Below, piece by piece: positions 12,149 to 23,596 of a stretch of DNA of 40,745 nucleotides. The stretch comes from Paraglomus brasilianum (lineage: Eukaryota), in NCBI GenBank assembly GCA_910592345.1, contig CAJVPI010000232.1:1-40745 (forward strand). Reading direction: 5' to 3'. The position numbers were made by a program, and so were the translations under genes. Position 1 is the stretch's first letter. Each line of letters starts with the position of its first letter. The notes beneath the pieces were generated by a model. That model saw only the letters and a list, made by a program, of their open reading frames with translations, searched no databases and had not been told where the DNA came from.

Positions 12149-14514
12149 TATTCTCTATAACAAATTATCTCCGAAACAAATGGAACCCGTTGGCATTCAT
12201 AACTGTTATCGCACACTTTTCTTATATAATTACTCCACTGCGTTTCGGGGAAAATTACAATATTAATTAAATTCCATCATGTGAAAAGGTCTATGTTCGG
12301 TATTTATTATTACCATTGGGATCAGTAGTGTTTAACTTAATCTCATCCAAACAAGCAGAAGGAACGCGTGGAAATCAGTGGGCTTATCAACAACATGTAG
12401 TAAACAAGAGATTTGTATCTGAATTGTTGTAAGTAATAGCAAGCTAGCGGTCTATCATTCTACTGGCCATCAGATAGTCACACTTCTGTAGATCAAACTA
12501 ATTGCGTGGGAAAGTTAGGAGTATATGTCTTAATATGGAAGATAAATAAGCAAAGGTACGAAACAGTATTAATAATAAAAATGTTCAAATTATTAACGAT
12601 TCATCTGCCCGCCGTCATCAACGATCTGGTTGAATAAGGCCCTTGATAAAATAAATCCATCTTTCTCTCCATGTTCTTCTCATACGACTAAAAGCCAAGC
12701 TCTTTAATACATCAGCTATATATCGCTACTGCAGTCTTGGATTTAAAAACGACCAATACTGATACTGAATACCGATACTACTTTAACAAATCAGCGTTCT
12801 CTTGCGATTATGTCAGAGGGTCTGTTCTTATGTAATAAAATCGGTTCATTTTAAAATGGCAAATCAGGTTACACCTAATTGAAATATCGGCAATTGGTCG
12901 ATCGTTCTGTACAAGGTGTAGAATACTGCATGTCAATGTCAACGTCAAACCGTGAGATGTCGAAGCGTAGATACCATGCTGATGCGTGCTATATTGCATC
13001 ATAATCTAAATGATCAATCCTGTCCCCATAAGCCGGCCATTTATATTAGCCGCTTAGCATTAGGGATAAATGATTATTTTTGTACGACTTCGAACATTTA
13101 ATGTGCCATTTGTGGATCGCTGAAACGATAGTTAATATAATGGTTTCTAGGATTTCGGATATCACCTCTAATATTCTCGCTGAGTATTAAAATTCGTTGA
13201 ATAACATGTTTGATAAACGTTATTATGGTCTGGTCAAAGTGGTCTGAACGTATTCATATGCTACAAGTATTGTATGAAACAAACCCTAAATGACGTTATA
13301 TCGTGTGGTTGTACTTTCGATCTGCTAGGTATTATGTAACCTACGACTTCTGAGATCAAACAACACTTTTGAGATTGTAAACAGGTTTAATATACACGGT
13401 CAAACTTGCTTGTAGTCACCGCTGTCTCCTAGCGAACCTTTTTTTAAAAACAATTGCTCTATAATCCCTTTCCACAAACGGACTGACTGAGGTCGACTTT
13501 ATCTGTTATCTTTTCTAATGTATATAAATGTCGAATAATGAAATTGACTAAAGTAGGCAATTATTTATTTTGTTGTGATGTTTGTTGGCAGTTGGGTTGG
13601 GAATAGGCAAAGTGTGCCCGTTAAACCAAAGATGTCGCTCTGTATATTGGTTAAACACTTGGCAACAGCAGTTTGATATAAGAATTTATTTATCCTTGTT
13701 TTTCGAAGAATATGCATCTAAAAATTTTCAAAACTAGAAAACATGTTATCTCATTTCACATTTTACCCATAGTACAGAACCTATTATGTAAGCTATGAAG
13801 ATCTATCGCTCTATTAGTAATGTTCTGTTTGTTATTAGCATAAGTTGTTGATTAATCTTCTAATAGCCATAGCAACAACAAGTCATTGTCTATATATCCT
13901 GATTACTGCCAAAAGCTAACCGCTGCGTATAATTATTGTGCAACTAAAAAAAATATAAAGATCGACGTTACAAATTGGATTTCTATTGGTCAGTTGCTGA
14001 GATTGTTGGAGACACTTCAGCAGTAAGTAACAAACGGTCAATATAAAGGTCGAAATTAAAGACAGCCAGAGCCTTTTTATTTTTGGACCCAATTCATTTA
14101 TTAAAAATTCACGCAGTCTTGGAATTGTACCAATACCGATAATAGCTACACGGGATTTGTGGCAATACATCTAGTACCGAAACCGTACTTATTGGTTGCA
14201 CCAAAAGCGGTTCGTTCACTGCTTCGCTCACTACTAGATATCTTGCCAATCTGACTGTAACTTTTCGTTCAAACTAAAATAAATTATAATGTCTGAAATC
14301 CAGTGCACGGCACTTTTTGATTAAAATAAATTAGGTAAAAAGAGTATGGAATAAAAGTAAACAAATTTAAAATAACTAGATAAATTATAGAATAGTACAT
14401 AAATATTATAAGCAACAGTTGGAATATTATCTTTCTAATCGTGACTATCTTGCGCTATCCAAAAAGCCTCTGCAGTTTCTGTGTTATAATAATTTGTACA
14501 CTTCTTATTTATAT

Positions 14515-15663
14515 TCAAGTTATTTTAAAAACTAAAAACACTGCAATCCCGATTGATGCCGAAACAAAATCAGATACGCCAGTCTGTAAATTTAACGGTT
14601 TGTTTACCATGAGCGAAAGAATAGTCCGAAATGATACGCCAACATTTACAGTAACATAAGCAATTGTGAATATGACCATACGCCTAGCCGCAGCTCGTGT
14701 GATATTGTACTTGTGATTTTTTGCTTTGGCGACAAATTCGCTTGTTTTTGGGAATGCATCATTATGTGTTGTTACTTCAATAGACATTGGAATGTGTATC
14801 GTGTTGCAAACGTCTTGTGGCTCATGGTGTTTGTTACTGTTATTGTCATTTTGCTGCATTTCCATATTTTTTCTCGAATTTTGTATTTCATGCGGAGGGG
14901 AAAATGTTGCTGGATTAAACTTGTGCAACAGACGAATTACCTTCATTACCACATGACCGGAGAAATAAATGCCCATAATGCATAAAATCATGTTAGCGCC
15001 ATTGTAGCCAAATAGTCGAATCCACGCTGGTTCAACTATGTCGCTAATGCGTGGTTACGGCAAATTAAATGAAAGCGTGAATACGTTTAGCGCAATCTAA
15101 AGTCATACGATATATTTATATCTTTACCATTTAAAGTCTCTCACTTTTATAGCTTCTTTCGTGACAGCCAGTATAGATACTATTAGAGTCCCGACAACCG
15201 AATATACAGCCGTGAATCCGTAGTAATACCATTTCCAATTTGAATTTGTTAATTCGTGTTGTATACCGCAAGAGAGAAGACGGTATGCTTGAAGCGTATA
15301 ATTGAATACGCAAGCGCCCATTACAAAGGCTGTAAACTGAATCTACAGTATGGTGTGTATGGACTTAACATGGCGTTTAAAGATGACAAGATTGAAAGCC
15401 ATGACTACGTAATAAATACTCTATATATTGTGTTGCCTTACCGCCAATGCTTGAAAATAACAGACGTTGATCGGAGCTTTATGCCAATTGAAATGATAGA
15501 TAACTCCCAGTAGCTCAACTACATGCAAGAACATGGCACTGATTGAGGAGCAACATATCATTCCGTTTTTTTTTGATTTGTATAATGTGATTGCCATGTA
15601 TGTAGCGCTTAGCAAAGAAATAGCATTGATGATGGCCAAGACCTCTGAAGCTTTACTGATCAT
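14515..15663 (-). CDS. 7TM GPCR paralog 2, about 321 aa, 3 exons, ends right after TM7
   Basis: Exons 15663-15442, 15342-15128 and 15043-14515. Same intron positions and phases and the same 215-nt exon 2 as paralogs 1 and 3. Motifs WHKAPINVCYFQALA, KWCDIVEPAWIR, KYNIT. Confidence 0.8.
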
Positions 15664-16518
15664 TTTGTGTGATAAATCTATAGGCTGTCGTCATTCGGTG
15701 GGAGATACCGCATGTTTCAGTTTTCTTAATACACAATGCGATTGACTGGGCTCAACAATACTTACAGCAAAGAAATCAAAATGGACTTGCAGAACATGTA
15801 TCAATGACGAGAATAAGAACAAATAAACAATTATCTTTTAGTTATATGCATCGGGGCTCTTTTATTGATATCAAGGATGAATATCTGATTGCGATACGGA
15901 CAGGTCACAATGTTAAAAAGACGATCAATACTACATTTTTGCACAACGTAGTTAAAAGGTTTACAATCGTTCAACTACAAAAATATTAGACTTTCGCATT
16001 ATCATAGTAAAAAGATCATTATCTCCGAAATATAGAACATGGCGGACAGCACACTGCAAGTAAACTGGAAGACAAGCTTAAGCAAACAATAGTAAGAGTA
16101 CGACAAATACAAATACTGTTAGATAATTTACTGTACTTGTATCGATTGGGCCCATTACTCTTGCATTCAAAGTTTGAATATTACGTTATAGTTTAAACAG
16201 TCATTTCTAGTATTACAAAGCAGTTGACAAAATTGTTGAAATGCCCGTTGTAAGACATTGGCGTATCATCAATTTATTAGACAAGGGGAAAGTGTGCGCC
16301 GAAGTATAAAAGTGAATTTTTTTAGGTGACGTTATTCATCCCGCGTGGTGCTTTCAACAAAGACCCAGTTTGACATTTGATCGAATAATCCCTTGTACTA
16401 CCACATTCTGATTGTGCGTTACACAATCGGGACTCGATTTATTATGAACGATAAATTAGTGACGATACGGGATTAGTATGTCGACTCTTGATTACTATGT
16501 AGGTATTACAGTAATATG

Positions 16519-16549
16519 CATGCCTAACATGCCTAACATGCCTAACATG
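16519..16549. repeat. 9-bp tandem repeat (CATGCCTAA)x3.4
   Basis: catgcctaa catgcctaa catgcctaa catg. Confidence 0.8.
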
Positions 16550-17497
16550 ACTCGAGTAATTAAATACCTAATAATAAAGCGGGCAGAATAACGACCGATA
16601 CAACACAGTTTTTACTAAACATAGCAACAACGTGTGCAAGAATGTGTGTAGTTAATAAGATTTAATGTGAACTGCATTGTTTTTGCACATTTTAGGGACT
16701 ATACTTTGTGTACAATCTTAATTAATTAGGTCATTGTCACATCATCATTAGCTATACCTAATTTGTAAGTCTTTCTGTACCAGGGTCATGCGTATAGAGG
16801 AAATAAGTAACAGTTGATAAAAAACGAGAAAACATAAATCTATATGCGCAGGCTCAAAATTGCTGTCAGAAAATAAAAATAATAAAAATAATTTCATTGG
16901 CGAATCAGCAATCTTATTTCTTATCTTGAAAATTTATCAACAAACACTGAGATTTAATAAAGTGTATTATTATTATGGAGTGTTTGTCTAAAACTGACAG
17001 AGCCAATATCTCGATAACTGGAATTTATGCGTAATCCGTGTAGAGCCAAGTAAACTGTAAACATTTGTTTGCAAAAACCCGAGTAAACTCCAATGTTTAA
17101 ATTTTAATATAAATCTTCAGTTATAAAGTCATCTGATTACCTGAACTTAAAGTTGCTATTTATTGCAGCTTAATATTCTAGTAATTAGCCAGTTAACTAT
17201 GAGAGTACGATCAAGTAACCTTGAGTTTTCTAGCTTTAGCCTCACCAAGTAGTTTTCACAGCTATTTAGTTTATTAATTATTACTTATCTACTTGCGTCA
17301 ATAACAACTTACTGTGGGCACTAAAATTACATTAATACAAAAAGTCTTTCAGCACTCAATGCTAATTTCAAACTATCGATGACCTTTCCCCACCGTTCCA
17401 AATTCCAATTTCTCTAATCTGCTTGTTTACACTACTATTTACAACATTTTATCCTCTGCATCCAACCAATTTATATTTAACAAGATTCCATTTCAAG

Positions 17498-18713
17498 CTA
17501 TATCACACTACTGGTAGTTCCGAAAATCAAAAATAACAAGATTCCAATAGATGCACCAGTGACATCAGATATATTGACATGCGGGCTTACCGGTGTATTT
17601 GTTACAACGGAAATAATAGTCCCAAGCGATATTCCGATATTTATAATAAGATAAGCACATATGAAAACAACCATGCGAATAGCGATATTCAGCGTGATAT
17701 TATACCTATAATTATAGACTTTGACTTCTAAAGTAGAAGATGCTCGTGTCCCTGGTGCAACGACGCTAAAGTCATTATTATTGTTCGTAGTATCAATTGA
17801 CGCCGATGCTTGTGTCACCGCGTGATCTTTCTGAACCTCTAATATTTTGCTCTCCATTTCGTCAAATAACGATAGGTCGGAAGGAATGTCGATGATGTGA
17901 TCGTTCAATTGCGGTTCTGAAGATTCGACTGCTGGCGTTGTTGCGTCCAAAGGACACGATAAACGGGTTTGAAAAGACTTGGAATTAAATCTGTGCAGTT
18001 TGGATATGACTAGGATTGTTGCGTAACCAAATAAGTAAGTGCCAACAATGCATAGGATGATATCAGGGCCGTTGTAACCAAATACACGAATCCAAGTTGG
18101 ATAGACTATATCGCTAAAGAACGGTGCAAGTTTGGAGCATAAGCGCAAAGGTCTTGTGTATAAATTGCGTTAAAATCAATAAATTGAGTATATTTACCAA
18201 CGAAACTCTCGCACTTTGATGGCCTTTTTTTGAAGAGCTAGAATGGACACTATTGTGGTTCCAACAACAGGATATGCGATTATAAACCCGTAGTAGAGTT
18301 TCTTCCATTGTGAATCGGTCAACTCGTGTCGTAGACGGAGAACGAGAAGGCGGTACGTTTGAAGGGTATAATTGAATCCGCAAGCGGTTATCAAAAAAGC
18401 CATAAACTGCAACTAGTTGGAGAGCAGGAAAGTATTAGTATTAGTGTATTTTATGTTGCAATTATCGATGACAAATAGAGAACATTCTTACAGCCAAGGC
18501 CTGAAAATAACAAAGTTCAATTGGAGCTTTGTGCCAGTCAAAACCATATCTAAAACCCCACATTTCCAATATGTTAAAAGACACGACGGCCAGTGAAAAG
18601 TAAAACATCATTGGGTTTTTCTTCGATTTGTAAAATAATACGGTCATGTACGCAGCGCATACCAAAGAAAGAATACAGAGTATTATGACAAATTCTTTTG
18701 CATTAAAAGCCAT
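17498..18713 (-). CDS. 7TM GPCR paralog 3, about 350 aa, 3 exons
   Basis: Exons 18713-18492, 18412-18198 and 18113-17498. Motifs WHKAPIELCYFQALA, RWCDIVYPTWIR, RYNIT, IFGTT. ATG at 18713 chosen by alignment with the paralogs. Confidence 0.8.
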
Positions 18714-20922
18714 TTCGGCAGAAGGAGAGTATGTAAAAGTCAAAGTTGTGAAGGAGAGATTAAAGTCTTTATTATCGAAATACGTTATACTAGTGATTGT
18801 AATGAGTGACAATAGTTACGGCAAAGCGTGAGAATGTTTCATGAATTGTGGAAAATGCGATACATGGTTAGTTCTTATTTATCTCACTGCGCATACGGGG
18901 TAAAACTGTTATCAAACAGTAAAGATATTAACATCAGATATTCCATTCACGCTGTTATATACAGCACATGTGTTTAGTCAAAATAGATAACAATCGGAGT
19001 CTTACAATAAGTAATTTAAAAAAAATAAAAATTTGTCCTTTTTTGAATAAAAAATATTTTTGGCGGGAGATAAAGTTCACGGCCCCATCACACAAGTTCC
19101 CGGATCGACCGTAAACAGCTATATTGTCACTATTCACGGTTCAGCTGAAATACTAATCTTGAAATTAGCTTTAGGCTGCTGAAACGCTACTTTACTATCA
19201 GAAAAAAAAAATAACTTCCATTGTCGTCACTCGTTTGTCTTTGTTTAATTTGCTGGCTACAATCGATTGCATTAATTAAAATGCTATTATTATTATCATT
19301 GTTACCCGAGAATTGGCTAATCCTAAAAATTGCACGCTTGCGTTTCTATTTATAAAAAATTTCATAAATAAATATTTAATTATGCGGTATTAATTTAGTA
19401 TAAATAGAACTAGTTGTAGCCTTTATTAGTCGGTTTTAATGGTCGGTTATAATATATTATAAACAAAGCACGGTTGTGATATTCTTTCATATGATATGTA
19501 ATATGACGTAAATGAGGGTTCACGATCGCATGTCGAGGGATTAGTTGAAAAGGGGTTCAGGCAAAATTACTAGAAAATTCTGAATATCAATTCGAATGCC
19601 TATGTATGATCGCCTAGTTCAATACAAATAAGGGATTGTAGCAGAGGTTGAAATTTACATGGAATTCTACGGTTCAAACAAGAAGAAACAATTTGTTGAT
19701 CACGATATTATCTTTGCGAATAAGGTAGTTTGTATGTAAAGTCGAATTAAATCCTTACTATTACGAATTGTTAAACAAAACGAACAATGTTAGTTTACAG
19801 TACAGTAGTAAAATTTAAGGGTAATTCATGCGCGAAGATCAATAATTGAGCCAACGATAAATTTGGAAATCAACGTTAAACACAGTGTTTCTACATCCAA
19901 TCACGCATCGGCTAATTAAAATGAAAGACAAATACGAAAAGGTATGAAACAAGCCAACAACGGTTGATCGCAACAATGGAACAGGCATCCGAACAAATTC
20001 GAATGTTTCTACGTTTGCAAAATCGATTTCACGTTATGAAACCCCGCAAAAAAAAAAGGAAAAAAAAAAGAATCTTACTAGAAAGCATTTTCACACAGAT
20101 TCAATGCTTATCAGTCGGTCGGTTATTTCTAAAAGTAGTTGCGTTGATGCGATGTTTGCAAACCGTTAATCACGAGATTAAGCAGTTACTTGGTTAGAAC
20201 AATTTGTAATATGTTTTTTATCTTTTCCCAATCCGTACTCGGAAAGAGATTATTAAGGGGTCAGGAAAAAGAAAGGGTCAGGAAAAAGAAAACCGTTATA
20301 TATGTACGTAGATATGATGATAGATATAAAATGTGTGTCAGCAATAAACCGTAATTGGCATTGCTTTCTAATATAGTATAAGAACCGTTCTCGATATAGA
20401 AATTGATAGCATCGTAATTTCTTACATAATAATGATTCTCCCTTATTTCCCTTCGTTCCTTGATACGATTTTCGTTCTTTTTCGGAGTTGCTATTTTGGG
20501 TATAAAAAACGATGGGCATACGGAATGACGACGGACCTGAGAATGTTGTTATTATTATTGCTAAAACGCATACATCACGCAATGACGTCACGAAAGATCC
20601 GACTAATAGAAGCGCGCGCGCGCTATTATCTCGAGTCGGATAATAGATAACTATACGTTTTTCATCGGCAACAGAAAATTAAATCATTCCGTCAGTATGA
20701 AATCAATACCCTCAGTCTTTAATTAAGGCTGTCCATCTGCTCAGTATTTTTATTCGTCTTTATTACACGGACTGGTAACCATTAAACCTTATCGCCCTAT
20801 TCGCCTGCGATGGCATTGAATAATTGATCTATCAAAATACCATTTTTCGGCCCAGTCAATCCATGTGGTTTATTCTTACATAGTATCAAGTGTTATTCAA
20901 GATTAATTGCAATATTCTTTTC

Positions 20923-23596
20923 TTACGCCTTCTCTTTGCCTTTTTTACTCGCTTTATCTTTCTTAATCTTTTTACTGTGCACCTTATCCTCTGTCTTGGT
21001 CTCTTTATCTTTCGTCTTACTCCTTTTATCTTTCGATTTACCCTCTATCTTGATCTCCTTATCTTTCACCTTACTCTCTTTATCCTTCGTCCTACTCCCT
21101 TTATTTTTCGATTTACCCTCTATCTGGATCTCCTTATCTTTCACCTTACTCTCTTTATCTTTCGTCCTACTCCCTTTATCTTTCGATTTACCCTCTGTCT
21201 CGCTCACATCGTCCTTCATCTTCCCTTTATCTTTTGTTTTACTCCCTTTATCTTTCGTCTTACTCCCTTTCTCCTTCTTAACAATATCTTTCGAAATTTT
21301 CTCATCACCAGGTGCCTTTTTTGATTTTTTCTTTGGGCTTTCTTTTACGGTTTCTTCAACTGTCTCTTTGTCGATCTTCATCTTTTTCTTTGGACTTTCT
21401 GACGATTTCATCTTGCGTTTTTTGGTTTTGTCTGTGGAAAAACAATTGGTCAGAAACCAATAACAAACCATGGTATGAACACATGTGGAAGCCGCTTAAA
21501 TCACCCATATTACCTTTCACTCCTTCTTTTTCAGTCGCTACTGACTCTCCTTCATCAACATCCATTTGATCCTTTTCTCCAGCAGTCTTTTGTAGGGCCT
21601 CTTGCTGTATTTCATTTATAACTTGCTTCATAACTTCATAGTTTTTCATTGGGTGATGATCTAAATCCATATTATTTTCGGTCTGTACATAGTCAAGTAT
21701 TGATAAACGCTCTTCCACTTGTTTCTTCAACGCCTCACCGAATTTTGACGTCGGCGTGTCTAATGTAACATGGGGACGACAATGAAAAGTCGTTAATGGC
21801 TCTCCCTCTTTCAAAATACTTGGAACAACAACCAATCCGTATTCCAACTCACCAGAGAAGCAATCAATCCGTGATGCTATCGAGCATTTATTGGCTAAAA
21901 AACGCGAAATTTTGCCTTTGGACTTAAAGCCAGCACGGCCTATAAAGGTGGAATGGTAAAGAAGACCAAATTTTGGTGTTGCACTCTTTGTTTTAAGAGC
22001 TCTAATGAAGAGATGTGGGGTGGGGGTGGGGGTGGGGGTGGGGGTGGGGGTGTGAGTGTCGTGAGTACGTATATTAGCATTAGCAGTACATCAGCTTTGC
22101 CTTTAACTTCTTGACCATCATATTGAATAACGTAACTTTCTCTCTCGACCATCATATTAAATAACGTAATATTTTCTCTCTCGAATCTCTTATTTCAGTT
22201 CATTTTTATGCACATAACTCTCGCTTCCACGTGATTCTCACAACTCACCTGAACAGAGCCTTCTCGGCTCCGAGGATCTGCAGAGTCGATGCGGGATATT
22301 TTGACAAATTTCTCAGACCACCAGCATGCGAAATCAACCTAGCCGACACAATTTCTCCCAACAATGCCGCCAAATTCGGTGCTACGTTTTCCATCTTGTT
22401 CACCAAGTATTCGTGTAATTTCTTTCTGAACTTTGACAATTCGATGACTCTATTTGCAAACTGAGTGATATTAATCATATCCAAGTCGGATATGGCAGAA
22501 CCCATGGAAGTGCGAGCAGCTTCAATAATATCTTGAGATTTTTTTTCATCGCCAGTTATTTGCGTCAGTGAATCAAGAGACGATTCGGAAAGGCTGCGTT
22601 TGTCTCGGATAATAGGAACTAATTGAGCGTACTGTACGTTATCGCCGATTATCTTTGCAAGTTCGGGGAAATGCCACGAGTACCATTCCCTACATAGTAG
22701 GAATTGAGAAAGAATATGTAAAATCGTTGAAACTATCCTAGGTACATAAAAAACGGTTCCTACACAGCACATCACGTCTTCAAACACATTCTTCTCAATT
22801 TGCGCTTGTCCAAATCAATAACATCCACTTACCTAACCCTCATAGTGAAGGTATTAATATCCTTATCCAGCATATCCAACAGATTAATTGCCTGCATGGC
22901 CATTGTGTCTGATCTCTCTGCGCTGAACTTGACCTTACTTCTTGAATAACTGTGTCCTAATCCCAACTGTCCTCTCTGTATGTCTCCCTTTTTTAGGTAT
23001 CCAGACAACAGCTTCTCAGCGTGCGTCCTTAACCCACGGCCTATTTCTAAGACGCGTTCGCCAGTATCGCATGAGTACTCGAGTTCGGCAGTAATAGAAG
23101 ACGCAAGGTTTTTGTCCTGTATACCAAGAACAAAACTTTTCTTGGATGCTGGTAGAGATTCTTGCAAAAAGTGGCCCAGCCTTGAACTAATCTTGCCTGT
23201 GTAGTTATGATTTTGCGGATACGTGAATTGGAGCCAGATGACGGATTTGAAAGAGTTAAATTTTGTGATCAAATGTTCAAGTGCCTTATCTTGGATCTCT
23301 CACATCAAATCCAATAATATATACTTATTATAACCAACTAGCAATCTCCATACATTTCACTCTCTATTGCTCAAATGCTTACCTTCGGCAATGCTGCTAG
23401 CGTTCTCTAGCGCATCTGCAGAACTAGTAAATGGCAAGTATGACGTTACTTTCACTATTTTCCCAAATTTGGCCAGATCGCTTATCGCGTCTGCTTCCTT
23501 TAACTGTCTACCGACTTCTTCAAACTCTAGACATTGTGTCATTACATAGCCCAAAGATGTTTCGTGCAATACGAAAAAAGACTTGAAAGTACGCAT
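20923..23596 (-). CDS. NOP56: Nucleolar protein 56 (box C/D snoRNP core), about 640 aa, 6 exons
   Basis: Exons 23596-23383, 23196-22833, 22689-22249, 22001-21853, 21759-21514 and 21431-20923 join in frame with GT-AG introns. Signatures [45 protein letters not shown] and [22 protein letters not shown] favour Nop56 over Nop58. K/D/E-rich tail. An in-frame ATG at 23662 is an alternative start. Confidence 0.95.
20985..21275 (-). repeat. 75-nt coding tandem repeat with 21-nt subunits in the NOP56 lysine-rich tail
   Basis: tttcgatttaccctc recurs at 21031, 21106 and 21181 (period 75). Protein unit [25 protein letters not shown]. Confidence 0.9.
22017..22050 (+). repeat. GGGG(TGGGGG)5 tract, potential G-quadruplex, in NOP56 intron 3
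   Basis: Six runs of 4-5 G separated by single T on the template strand of NOP56. Confidence 0.85.

Noticed and set aside
14509..14517. Readthrough or selenocysteine at the TGA of GPCR paralog 2
   Set aside because: An in-frame TAA follows after one codon (TGA ATA TAA).
20258..20291. 17-bp tandem duplication GGGTCAGGAAAAAGAAA (similar 12-bp duplication near 27346)
   Set aside because: Ordinary slippage duplications with no evidence of function.
20890..21463. Hydrophobic + strand ORFs of 144 and 175 aa
   Set aside because: Antisense shadows of the repetitive K/D/E-coding NOP56 last exon.
21940..22155. ORF with a poly-proline run
   Set aside because: Translation of the (CCCCCA)n tract of NOP56 intron 3; not in the NOP56 frame.
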